Below are positions 47,048-55,544 of a DNA stretch of 64,000 nucleotides, in pieces. The stretch lies in the NCBI GenBank assembly GCA_964588335.1, contig CAZPOV010000001.1:322288-386287 (forward strand). The letters run 5' to 3'. The notes under the pieces were generated by a model. The model worked only from the letters and a program-made list of their open reading frames with translations. It did not search any database and was not told the DNA's origin. The DNA is from an uncultured Pseudobdellovibrionaceae bacterium (GTDB lineage Bacteria > Bdellovibrionota > Bdellovibrionia > Bdellovibrionales > JAGQZY01). The position numbers and the translations under genes were made by a program. Position 1 is the first letter of the stretch. Every line of letters starts with the position of its first letter.

Positions 47048-47776
47048 ATGCTGAAATTCACAGTATTTTTTCTTTTATTCGTTTCTTTGCCGACCTTTTC
47101 TGAAGACGACGCCGGTTCTGAGCAAGAACTAAGCTTAAAACAGGATCGCGAGCATCTTGAAAAATTACGCAAAGACATTCCCGAAGACATTAAACGAGAA
47201 AATGACGATTTAGCTTTTATCCTTAAACTCTTTGAAGATAAGTCACGCCATCCATCTAAAATTCGACGAGAATTTGATAGGGTCTACAATCGACTGCGAA
47301 AAGAAAAAAGGAAAGAATTCAAAAAGCAACGAGACCAATATACAAAAATTGAAAAGAAGAAGAGAAAGGCCTTTTTGGCGGCGGCGAAAAATAAACGAAA
47401 ATCTTTCTTAGAGGGCGATCCTAGTAGTGAGAAAAAGAAGGAATTTTTTGACGAAGAAAGAACCGAGAGAAAAGAATTTTTTTCGGAAGAAAGAGAAAAG
47501 CGCCGTGATTTTGAATCTGATCTGCGCGCAAAGAGAAAAGAAAGTGATGATTTCTTGAAAGACAAAAAACGTGATTTTACAGAAAGATTACGACAGTTCG
47601 AGAAAGAGCAGAAGGCGATAAAAAAGCAAGAGCGTGAAGCTAAATTGCGAGCCGCTCAACCACAGAGTCTGGCTGTCGAGGCTGAGTTGACACCGCAAAA
47701 CCAAAAATTTTTAAAGGACTTCGATAAAATTCCAAAACGTGGGGGTGTGAAGCTTGCTCCTCCTCCGGAAAAGTAA
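47048..47776 (+). CDS. Secreted, extremely charged K/E/R-rich repeat protein
   Basis: Signal peptide MLKFTVFFLLFVSLPTFS. Reiterated (K/R)(K/R)x(E/D)F(F/L) units, e.g. KKKEFFDEERTERKEFFSEEREKRRDFESDLRAKRKESDDFLKDKKRDF. Confidence 0.6.
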   Translation: MLKFTVFFLLFVSLPTFSEDDAGSEQELSLKQDREHLEKLRKDIPEDIKRENDDLAFILKLFEDKSRHPSKIRREFDRVYNRLRKEKRKEFKKQRDQYTKIEKKKRKAFLAAAKNKRKSFLEGDPSSEKKKEFFDEERTERKEFFSEEREKRRDFESDLRAKRKESDDFLKDKKRDFTERLRQFEKEQKAIKKQEREAKLRAAQPQSLAVEAELTPQNQKFLKDFDKIPKRGGVKLAPPPEK

Positions 47777-47850
47777 GGAGAGTCGATGAAATGTCCTCGA
47801 TACCTAGCTGAGACTGTCGAGTTAACCAACAATAATGTTAGGAATTTCTT

Positions 47851-48252
47851 ATGGATTGTTTAAGATGTGAAGAGCAATTGGAAACAATAAAAAATGGTGA
47901 GGTTGAAGTTGATGCCTGTATGCAAGGTTGTGGTGGAATTTGGTTTGATCCTTTTGAATTAAAAAAAATGAACGAAAAAAGTGAGATCACTCAAGAGTTC
48001 ATGCAACATATATATAGAGCCAATCGTAAAATGGTGGATAAAAAGCCACGCCTTCAGTGTCCTAAATGCAATGCAAAAATGCTTCGCCATTTTCACAGTG
48101 TGCGCCGAGAGATTGAAGTCGACCAGTGCCCTCTGTGTTACGGACACTGGTTGGACGGTGGCGAGTTACTAAAAATTGTAAATCAATTTAAAAACAAAGA
48201 TGAGCATCGTAGTGCAACTCAAGAGTTTTTTAAAAAGTTGAAGTCATCGTAA
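47851..48252 (+). CDS. Double zinc-ribbon protein (zf-TFIIB-like, two CxxC...CxxC units)
   Basis: CLRCEEQL..VDACMQGCGGIWFDPFELKKM and CPKCNAKM..VDQCPLCYGHWLDGGELLKI. Confidence 0.7.
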   Translation: MDCLRCEEQLETIKNGEVEVDACMQGCGGIWFDPFELKKMNEKSEITQEFMQHIYRANRKMVDKKPRLQCPKCNAKMLRHFHSVRREIEVDQCPLCYGHWLDGGELLKIVNQFKNKDEHRSATQEFFKKLKSS

Positions 48253-48378
48253 AAAACAGAACATATCCACTAAGGTCTAGGGTTATACTATAACTTACCT
48301 TTGCCGTTTTTATTTTGACATTCCTCTAGAGTTCGGTAGCCTATATAAGTTCAATTAAAACAAATAAAAGGGGGAGAG

Positions 48379-48585
48379 ATGACAAAAGCTCTTGTGGTTC
48401 TTTTGATGGGTGCATTTTTAGTAGGCGCGACCGGGTGTGCATACGGACATTCTTTACGTGTTGGTAAAAGTAAAGTGTTAGTTCTAAAAAATGACGGATT
48501 GCTTTTTGGTCTGCTTCGTCAAGCTCATGTCTGCGATGTGACTCCAAAGGGTCTTAAAAACTGCAGTGTTGATGAAAACCCTTAA
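48379..48585 (+). CDS. Small lipoprotein (68 aa)
   Basis: MTKALVVLLMGAFLVGATGC lipobox. GGGGGAGAG RBS. Followed by a strong terminator. Confidence 0.6.
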   Translation: MTKALVVLLMGAFLVGATGCAYGHSLRVGKSKVLVLKNDGLLFGLLRQAHVCDVTPKGLKNCSVDENP

Positions 48586-48602
48586 TTGAAATTGCCAAAA
48601 TC

Positions 48603-48646
48603 AAGACAAAAAAAGGAAGCAGCAATAGCTTCCTTTTTTTTGTCTT
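48603..48646. terminator. Strong bidirectional rho-independent terminator
   Basis: AAGACAAAAAAAGGAAGC / GCTTCCTTTTTTTTGTCTT. About 18-bp stem with a one-base bulge, an A-run on the left and a T-run on the right. Lies between convergent genes. Confidence 0.85.
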
Positions 48647-48827
48647 TTAATATCTAAACTTCAAGCCTCGTCCTAGAAGCCTCGATGAAGGCCTACTGGT
48701 TCAATGTATCAGGTGCTTGGCTCGATTTTTAAACCCTTTCTGGTGTTTTGGTAGTTCTGTACGATGAACCATCAAAACAGATCATAATAGGAACAGACGA
48801 CTTTCTGTCCTCGATGATAAAAAGTGG

Positions 48828-49586
48828 TTATTTCTTAGCGGGTTTTTTAGAAAAAATATTTTCCAAATCTTTTCGGGTTAAGGGGCGGTAATCACCAGAT
48901 TTAAGGGGACCGAGTTTCAATTGGCCAATTGCGACCCGTTTGAGTTTTTCAACGTCGTAGCCAACCTTTTCAAACATTTTTCGAACCTGTCGGTTTTTTC
49001 CCTCTGTTATGGTAATTTCGACCCAGTCTTTTTTATCCGAACCTTTTTTCAGTTTCTTTATATGGAGGGCGCGGACTTTACCGCCAATGATAGAAACACC
49101 GCGACGCAGTTTATCCATCTTAGCTTGCGTAATAATACCATCAAGTTTGGCATGATAAGTTTTTGGAATTTTGGATTCTGGGCTCGAGATCTCATTAGAA
49201 AAATCTCCATCATTGGTCATTAGTAACAAGCCCTCGGTATCCCAATCCAAGCGACCGACTGGAAAAATTCTTTTTCGAATTCGTTTAAAGAAATCCATTA
49301 CGATGGGTCGTCCTTGAGGGTCCGACGTGGTGGTGACAACGGACCGCGGTTTATTGAATACAAAATAGACAGGCTGTGGTTTGGCTTTGACCAGCTTGCC
49401 TCCGACTTTAACCTGATCCTTGTCGGGATTGATTTTCACTCCAAGTTCGAAAACCTTGCGACCATTAACCTGCACGCGCCCCTCATCGATCAATTCATCG
49501 GCTTTGCGGCGGCTCGCAACTCCGTGGTCGGCTAGGTATTTGTTAAGGCGAACAAGCTGTGAGCTTGATTCTTTCATAATGATCAA
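48828..49586 (-). CDS. rluB: 23S rRNA pseudouridine synthase (RluB/RsuA family, S4 domain)
   Basis: S4 motif RLNKYLADHGVASRRKADELIDEGRVQVNG. Catalytic motif FPVGRLDWDTEGLLLMTNDGDF. Confidence 0.9.
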   Translation of the reverse strand: MIIMKESSSQLVRLNKYLADHGVASRRKADELIDEGRVQVNGRKVFELGVKINPDKDQVKVGGKLVKAKPQPVYFVFNKPRSVVTTTSDPQGRPIVMDFFKRIRKRIFPVGRLDWDTEGLLLMTNDGDFSNEISSPESKIPKTYHAKLDGIITQAKMDKLRRGVSIIGGKVRALHIKKLKKGSDKKDWVEITITEGKNRQVRKMFEKVGYDVEKLKRVAIGQLKLGPLKSGDYRPLTRKDLENIFSKKPAKK

Positions 49587-49598
49587 TCCTTGTTAGTG

Positions 49599-50519
49599 TT
49601 AGGACATTTCTTCGACCAGTTGGTCTACCAAAGCTTGAATCACATTGTCATTGATAAAAACGTTTTCAAGGGCATCTCGGCCTCTTTCAAGGGCGGCCTC
49701 GCCAAAGCTTTCGGCCTCTGGATGGTTGAGGTTGAAGAGTTCTACGGACTTCTCAAGAACTTGTACCAGCTCTTGGTAATCGGGGTCGGACTTTTTATCG
49801 ATGTAGTACTGCTCAAGTGACTTGAGAGGGTAGTAGATTTCTGGGAATTGGTTGAGTCGCCCCTTAGGCTCAGCCTTATTTTGAAAAATATAACCTCGAA
49901 TCACCATTCCCGCGACCGTCTTATTTTCGACTCGAAAGCGGGCGTAAGAATTGGCGTCGACTTTCAAATACTGGGTGATACCACTTTTCAGCTCGAGCTG
50001 CTCATTGTAGTGGAGCTGGATCGACATGGAGAGGGGTTTGAGCTCTCCTTGTTGAATCAACATCAAGGGCGTTGAGTGGGTGACGGTCACCTCGCCATTG
50101 GGATTTTGTGACAGTAGGATGTAATTTTTGTCTTTTGTATAAAACACACGGTTTCGGCTGTTCTCAGGTGCGTGTTGCGTGGCCCATTTTTCAAATATCT
50201 GGATACCTTCAATGCTATTTTTGATAGCCACCACTTGCCAATAATCGGGAAACACAAAGTCTTTTAAGTTCCAATCCAGCATGTAGGTTTCATTGTAGTG
50301 TTGAAGAATGTACTGCAGCTCCTGGGAAAGGCTCACGGCATGGGTTTGCCAATGCTCATGGATCAGAGCCATACGACAAAATTCTTCGAACAGCTGGGGG
50401 GAGAGGGGCGTGTCTTTGTCGCAATGGTGAATCAGGAAATGATATAGACATAGACGCGCCGCATCTTTGTTCGGCTGGAAGGATAACATATGTCTTGCAA
50501 GATGGGTTGTTGTATTCAT
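49599..50519 (-). CDS. Hypothetical protein (306 aa)
   Basis: Long ORF, 12 nt upstream of rluB on the same strand. No recognisable motif. Confidence 0.55.
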   Translation of the reverse strand: MNTTTHLARHMLSFQPNKDAARLCLYHFLIHHCDKDTPLSPQLFEEFCRMALIHEHWQTHAVSLSQELQYILQHYNETYMLDWNLKDFVFPDYWQVVAIKNSIEGIQIFEKWATQHAPENSRNRVFYTKDKNYILLSQNPNGEVTVTHSTPLMLIQQGELKPLSMSIQLHYNEQLELKSGITQYLKVDANSYARFRVENKTVAGMVIRGYIFQNKAEPKGRLNQFPEIYYPLKSLEQYYIDKKSDPDYQELVQVLEKSVELFNLNHPEAESFGEAALERGRDALENVFINDNVIQALVDQLVEEMS

Positions 50520-50578
50520 AACCTATTAAAAGGATAGGGGTAATTTAATACTCCGTCCACCAAAAACAAGGGAGTTCT

Positions 50579-51088
50579 GTGAATCGAAGACTCAACCCAG
50601 ACCTGTTTGGACCTAGTCAATCAGTAATGGAGTCAGAAGACAGTCGCTATTCTGCTGTGGCGACCCGCCAGCTGCAGTCCGAACTTAAAACCGCCAACAA
50701 ACGTATATCCCATTTGGAAAGTTTGGTGGAGGTTCTGCAAACCCAAATGGGGGTGATGAGTCATAATAATGAACGTCGCACCGAAGCTTTTTCAAAGGCT
50801 TTAAGTGAACTTGAAAAAGATTTCCGTGAACAAAACCTATCTCAAGCTCGTGCTCTTAAGATGGTAGAAGAGCGTTTTAGAGATCAAAAAATCAAAGACG
50901 GTCAAATGGAGTCTATTGTCGATCGCTTTAACACCACCCTTAGCCAATTTGAGAACAAACTGGCCACTTTACAAAAAGTCCTTTCCGAAAAAGAAATGAC
51001 TCTCCTGACCTATCGCCGAATCATTGAGCAAATTGTCGAAGAGGTTGAAAAGCTGAAAAGATCGAACACGCCCAGTCGACACCTATAA
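50579..51088 (+). CDS. Coiled-coil hypothetical protein (169 aa)
   Basis: GTG start after AAGGGAG. Heptad-rich sequence. Confidence 0.5.
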   Translation: MNRRLNPDLFGPSQSVMESEDSRYSAVATRQLQSELKTANKRISHLESLVEVLQTQMGVMSHNNERRTEAFSKALSELEKDFREQNLSQARALKMVEERFRDQKIKDGQMESIVDRFNTTLSQFENKLATLQKVLSEKEMTLLTYRRIIEQIVEEVEKLKRSNTPSRHL

Positions 51089-51100
51089 GTTTCAATTTTT

Positions 51101-52690
51101 TTATTCTTTGGGCTGATTCTGGTCTGGAATCAATTGATCCATCCGTTTTTTAAATAAATCAGCCTCTTCGAACCCGGTGAGGGTCAGGTCAGAGCGCACG
51201 TTGCCGGAGCCATCTATAAAAATCATGGTTGGAAGCCCGTAGACTTCATATTTTTGTTGCCAGTCGGTGAGCTCATCAAACGGTGAGGTGGCATCCACTT
51301 TCAGCATAACGAAGGAGTCACTTCTTTCAATGACCGGTTGTTTTGAAAACGTCAATTGATCCATCTCAACACAAGCGGCACACCAATCGGCATAAAAATC
51401 AATGATAACGGGCTTACCCTCGGCTTTGGCTTTTTCGACCAACTCTGGAGAGAACGCCTGCCAATGGACTTTGGCTTGATTCTGTTCGACTTTTTGCTCA
51501 GGCATCCATTTTTTTATCAGTGGCCAGGCGTAATAGAAGGACATAGCAAATAGCACCAAGGCCAGAACAGTCTTAATAGCATTCATCCAGGCTCCAGATC
51601 GAGGCATCTTGTTGGCCAACTGACTAAAGGTGCCGAGTGCAATAAACAGAATTCCAAAGCCCATAGCAAAGGTGAAAAGCAATATAAAACCGAGTGCACT
51701 GTTTTGAGTCTTGGCAATATAAGCCAGAACTCCCACTAAAACCGGACCAACACACGGGCTGGCGACAATACCTGCTAGCAAGCCCGAAATAAAAGCAGCG
51801 ACATAACCTTTACCCATGCTACTGTTAGCGAAGCGATCACGGATAAAAGCCGGAGCCTGAAGTTCAAAGAAGCCCAACAGACTGAAGCCCATTGCCAGAA
51901 AAATTCCACTCATTAATACGATAACAATTGGATGGCTTATCAGAGAGCCAAACAGTTGGCCGGTTTGGGCGGCGATCACACCCAACAACGCATAGGTCAG
52001 TCCAATTCCCAACACGTAGGACAGGCTTACTAAAAATGATTTCCACTGAGAGCGCTTTTCGTTGGTTCCAAGAACCGCCAAGGTGATGGGGATCAAGGGG
52101 TAAACGCATGGGGTGAGAGAGGTTAGGAGCCCAAAAAGGAAAATAAGAACCAAGGCATAACCTAGATTGTCATCGATCTGTTCCTGAATAAAATTCGAGT
52201 CGGAAACCTGTTGATCTTTATTTCTTGTTGGGGCCTGGATATCGACGTCGACGTTCAATTCGCGAGTTCTTGGGGTCAGGCAGTACTTTTTTGTACAAGC
52301 GATGTAAGTGAGCGCCATTTTAATGGACTGAGTGTCTGCCACATTATTGGGGATCTCAATTTGGGTTTTAAGAGTCGCAGCTTTATTGACACCCCTCTTC
52401 TTTTTTTTCACGGATCCGGTGGTGTCTTCAAATTCGACCAATGGAGCGATACTCAACTCGCCAACTTGTAGCTTATCGGGTTCAATAATTTTCAGGCGAA
52501 ATCGATCATGGTAGGCAAAAAAACCCTCTTGCAGTTGCATTTCTATTTGTAGGTCGGCCAATTGCCCCGGCTGCAGTTTTTTAGATACAAAAAAACCACG
52601 GGCGGTTAGGGGATTCAATTTTGCTAGATCTTCCTTTGCCAAAGAGGATGTGGGGAAGATTAAAGCAGCAACCAAGAGGATCCAAGTCAT
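51101..52690 (-). CDS. dsbD: Thiol:disulfide interchange protein DsbD
   Basis: N-terminal periplasmic domain with YIACTKKYC. Membrane core with LTPCVYPLIPI and ASPCVGPVL. C-terminal thioredoxin WCAACVEM. Start at MTWILLVAALIFPTSSLA. Confidence 0.9.
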   Translation of the reverse strand: MTWILLVAALIFPTSSLAKEDLAKLNPLTARGFFVSKKLQPGQLADLQIEMQLQEGFFAYHDRFRLKIIEPDKLQVGELSIAPLVEFEDTTGSVKKKKRGVNKAATLKTQIEIPNNVADTQSIKMALTYIACTKKYCLTPRTRELNVDVDIQAPTRNKDQQVSDSNFIQEQIDDNLGYALVLIFLFGLLTSLTPCVYPLIPITLAVLGTNEKRSQWKSFLVSLSYVLGIGLTYALLGVIAAQTGQLFGSLISHPIVIVLMSGIFLAMGFSLLGFFELQAPAFIRDRFANSSMGKGYVAAFISGLLAGIVASPCVGPVLVGVLAYIAKTQNSALGFILLFTFAMGFGILFIALGTFSQLANKMPRSGAWMNAIKTVLALVLFAMSFYYAWPLIKKWMPEQKVEQNQAKVHWQAFSPELVEKAKAEGKPVIIDFYADWCAACVEMDQLTFSKQPVIERSDSFVMLKVDATSPFDELTDWQQKYEVYGLPTMIFIDGSGNVRSDLTLTGFEEADLFKKRMDQLIPDQNQPKE

Positions 52691-52824
52691 ACAATTGATA
52701 ATAATGTCTTCAGGGCTAAAATACAATGAGCTTGAGGCTCTGAAACAGCCTTTGCTGCCGAAAAGCCAAGGATTTTCGCCAGTGAATGATTGGATTTGTG
52801 GGCTTTCTGGGTTAAAAACCCATC

Positions 52825-53670
52825 ATGAAAGATCAGACTGTATTGCCGAAAAAGTGGACCGAGTTCCCTATAATAGCGATTGATACTGAGACAAGTGGCC
52901 AGTATCCAATGCAAGATGATTTGTGTGAGTTGGCGGCTGTTAAGACTCTCGGTGACAAGGTTATTGATACTTATCAAACTCTCGTCAAGCCGAAGCACAA
53001 GATGTCTGATTTCGTTATTGGCATTCATGGCATCACCAATGAAATGGTGAAAGACGCTCCTCTAATCTCAGATGTCTTGCCTGATTTTTTAAAGTTTGTG
53101 GAAGAGGGTGTGATTGTTGGTCACCATTCTCCCTTTGACCTTGGGTTTTTGGTTTATGACTTAGAGAAAATGAATTTAGCGATTCCAAGACACCCGGCCT
53201 TGTGTTCCAGTCTCATTTCACGCAACGCCATTGTTGGGCCTCCGAATCACAAACTGCAAACACTGGTGAAGTATCTTGATTTGGACGGCGGCCAAGCTCA
53301 TCGTGCATTGGATGACGCCAACGCCTGTTTGCAGCTGCTTCTAAAATGTTTCAAAAGAAAAAATGTTGAAACCTTTAACGATGCTTTTCGTTTACAAGGG
53401 TCGCCATTGTGGTGGCAGGACTTTTCGTTGCAAGGCAAAGCACTGCAAAGTCAACAATGGGCGAAAGTCATCGAAGCAATTGAAGCTCAAAAGAATCTTG
53501 AGATTATTTACTCGGGAGGCTCGATGAAAGGCAAAAAACGGGAAGTGAAGCCGGTGTCTGTTGTCTGCAGCCCAACCGGTGATTTTATGGTCGCCAGCGA
53601 CCCTCAGGACCCCGATCACAATAAACGTTTCTACTTTAAAAAACTGCAAGAGGCTGAAGTTTTGCCTTAA
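52825..53670 (+). CDS. DnaQ/epsilon-like DEDDh 3'-5' exonuclease with ~100-aa WYL-like C-terminal domain
   Basis: Exo I IIAIDTETSG, Exo II GHHSPFDLGFL, Exo III HRALDDANA. C-terminal LEIIYSGGSMKGKKREVKPVSVVCSPTGDFMVASD...KRFYFKKLQEAEVL resembles a WYL beta-domain. Confidence 0.75.
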   Translation: MKDQTVLPKKWTEFPIIAIDTETSGQYPMQDDLCELAAVKTLGDKVIDTYQTLVKPKHKMSDFVIGIHGITNEMVKDAPLISDVLPDFLKFVEEGVIVGHHSPFDLGFLVYDLEKMNLAIPRHPALCSSLISRNAIVGPPNHKLQTLVKYLDLDGGQAHRALDDANACLQLLLKCFKRKNVETFNDAFRLQGSPLWWQDFSLQGKALQSQQWAKVIEAIEAQKNLEIIYSGGSMKGKKREVKPVSVVCSPTGDFMVASDPQDPDHNKRFYFKKLQEAEVLP

Positions 53671-54629
53671 GAGGACATCTCTTGTTTCTTGTCGCTGGCA
53701 GCCTCGGTGTTACCTTCTGGAAGAATGGGAACTGTAATGACCTCGTTGACGGGGCGCAACTCCTTAGCGACCTTTTCCGCCAAATCCTCAAGTTCTGGAA
53801 ATTCGTCACCCTTGCGGAGACGAAGACGATAATAGTTTCCATCAATATAATTGTCGATGAATCTTTCAAATGCGTAGACCGGGCCGACGATTCTATGGGA
53901 AAGCTGTTTGCCAACCATGAACAAGAAGGCTGTAAAGGCTAGACTTACCGAGCTAAAGGTTACTAAAAATGGAATCAAAAATTGATCCAACAACTTTGTA
54001 TTGTTACCCATCAAATCAATCACCACGAAACGAAGAAAAGTATAGGAGAAGACTCCAGCAATTAATGAGAAGCCTAAGCCACAAGTTACCAGAATGTAAC
54101 AGTAACGAAGTTGAAAGCGTGGATGGATCCAGGCGACTTTGCGCAGATTTTCTTTAGGCCAAAGATTGTCTTGATCCTTTAATAAGGCGTGACCCATCAG
54201 GTAATAACCACACCATTGCAGAAGGTCGGCTAAGTTAAAAACTCCCGTACTTAATGAGCGATTGCCAAGAATAATAAAATCAACGACATGCCCCCAGAGA
54301 GTCCGATCAATCACATTACCTAAAATCCCGCCTATCAAAATCGACATACCAATGCGTAGACGCATCGATCGGGTCGGCAGTAGGTATTGGAAAATGACAA
54401 AAGAGAATAATAAAAAAGCTCCTCCTGTCGACAGCGAGACAATTCGCAGCACCGGAGGTAGGTCTGAAAACAAACCAAGCATGGCCCCCTTATTGAAGTG
54501 GAGAATAATATGAAAATACTCCCAGTGAATTTGAGGTGAAGCTTGTAGTACGAGATATTTAGAGACCTGGTCAACGGCGATGACGCCAAATAATGAGCCA
54601 AGAACCCAAAAAAAGTCCTTTTTGTTCAT
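53667..54629 (-). CDS. lspA: Lipoprotein signal peptidase II fused to two extra TM helices and a HAMP-like cytoplasmic tail
   Basis: LspA motifs DQVSKYLV, NKGAMLG, GGILGNVIDR..GHVVDFI, FNLADLL in the first ~160 aa. Then 2 TM and SHRIVGPVYAFERFID....LRLRKGDEFPELEDLAEKV. 320 aa versus about 165 aa typical. Confidence 0.8.
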   Translation of the reverse strand: MNKKDFFWVLGSLFGVIAVDQVSKYLVLQASPQIHWEYFHIILHFNKGAMLGLFSDLPPVLRIVSLSTGGAFLLFSFVIFQYLLPTRSMRLRIGMSILIGGILGNVIDRTLWGHVVDFIILGNRSLSTGVFNLADLLQWCGYYLMGHALLKDQDNLWPKENLRKVAWIHPRFQLRYCYILVTCGLGFSLIAGVFSYTFLRFVVIDLMGNNTKLLDQFLIPFLVTFSSVSLAFTAFLFMVGKQLSHRIVGPVYAFERFIDNYIDGNYYRLRLRKGDEFPELEDLAEKVAKELRPVNEVITVPILPEGNTEAASDKKQEMSS

Positions 54630-54638
54630 ACTTTTATT

Positions 54639-55544
54639 TTACTGCCCGAAGTGTAATCCCACAACTGTCTGATTACGACCTCGCCGTTTAGCTTGATAAA
54701 GAGATTGATCGGCACTGATGATCAACTCGTCGACAGAGCTTGCATGCTCAGGGGCGGTTGCTACGCCTAGACTAATGCTCAGGGGATAGTTGAGATAACT
54801 CAGTTCAAGAACAGAATTTCGGATATTTTCAGCTATGGACAAGGCTTCTGGCGAGGTGGTTTGAGGTAGAATCAAAACGAACTCGTCACCTCCATAGCGC
54901 GACAGAGAACCATTGCTGGGTGCATTGTCTTTTAATGCAACCGCAACCACTTGTAAAAAGTTATCGCCGTCGGGATGACCAAATCGATCATTGAACTTTT
55001 TGAAATGGTCGACATCAATCATTATGAGGGAAAGATTGTCTTGGGCTTTTTTATTCTTCTCCCATTCCAGACGAATCTTTTCTTGAAAGAAGCGATGGTT
55101 GGTTAGTTGTGTGACAGGGTCCGTAATCGAGAGTTTTTGGAGACGTTCACTTTCGACCAACCGTTTGTGAATTTTATGGGCTTCCACGACTTGAATTAGA
55201 AGATGATCATTTTCCCAAGGCTTAAGAATAAACTTATGAATATTTGCTGAATTTATTCCTTCCTCAATTGATTTTAAATCAACTTGTCCTGAAAGGAGAA
55301 CACGACTGGCTGCAGGCAATTTTTTTCGAACTTTCTTTAAGAAATCGACGCCTCGATCATTTTCTAAAATATGATCGCTGATAACCACTGAAATATCTGA
55401 ATTTTTTTCGACCAATTTGAAAGCCTCTGAAGTGTCTGTTGCTTTAAGAAGTTGAAAGCGGCTCCGCAAAGTCCTTTCCAAAGAATCTAGGATATTGACT
55501 TCATCATCGACACATAAAATTTTCGCTTTATTGTTTTCGGTCAT
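54639..55544 (-). CDS. Response regulator-diguanylate cyclase (REC-GGDEF)
   Basis: REC: ILCVDDEVNILDSL, VVISDHIL, FILKPW. GGDEF: IMIDVDHFKKFNDRFGHPDGD, RYGGDEFVLIL, ADQSLYQAKRRGRN. No RxxD I-site seen upstream of GGDEF. Confidence 0.9.
   Translation of the reverse strand: MTENNKAKILCVDDEVNILDSLERTLRSRFQLLKATDTSEAFKLVEKNSDISVVISDHILENDRGVDFLKKVRKKLPAASRVLLSGQVDLKSIEEGINSANIHKFILKPWENDHLLIQVVEAHKIHKRLVESERLQKLSITDPVTQLTNHRFFQEKIRLEWEKNKKAQDNLSLIMIDVDHFKKFNDRFGHPDGDNFLQVVAVALKDNAPSNGSLSRYGGDEFVLILPQTTSPEALSIAENIRNSVLELSYLNYPLSISLGVATAPEHASSVDELIISADQSLYQAKRRGRNQTVVGLHFGQ

Noticed and set aside
52687-53028. 113-aa minus-strand ORF across the dsbD/exonuclease divergent region.
   Set aside because: It overlaps the 5' part of the motif-bearing exonuclease gene in antisense. 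It has no RBS and no motif.
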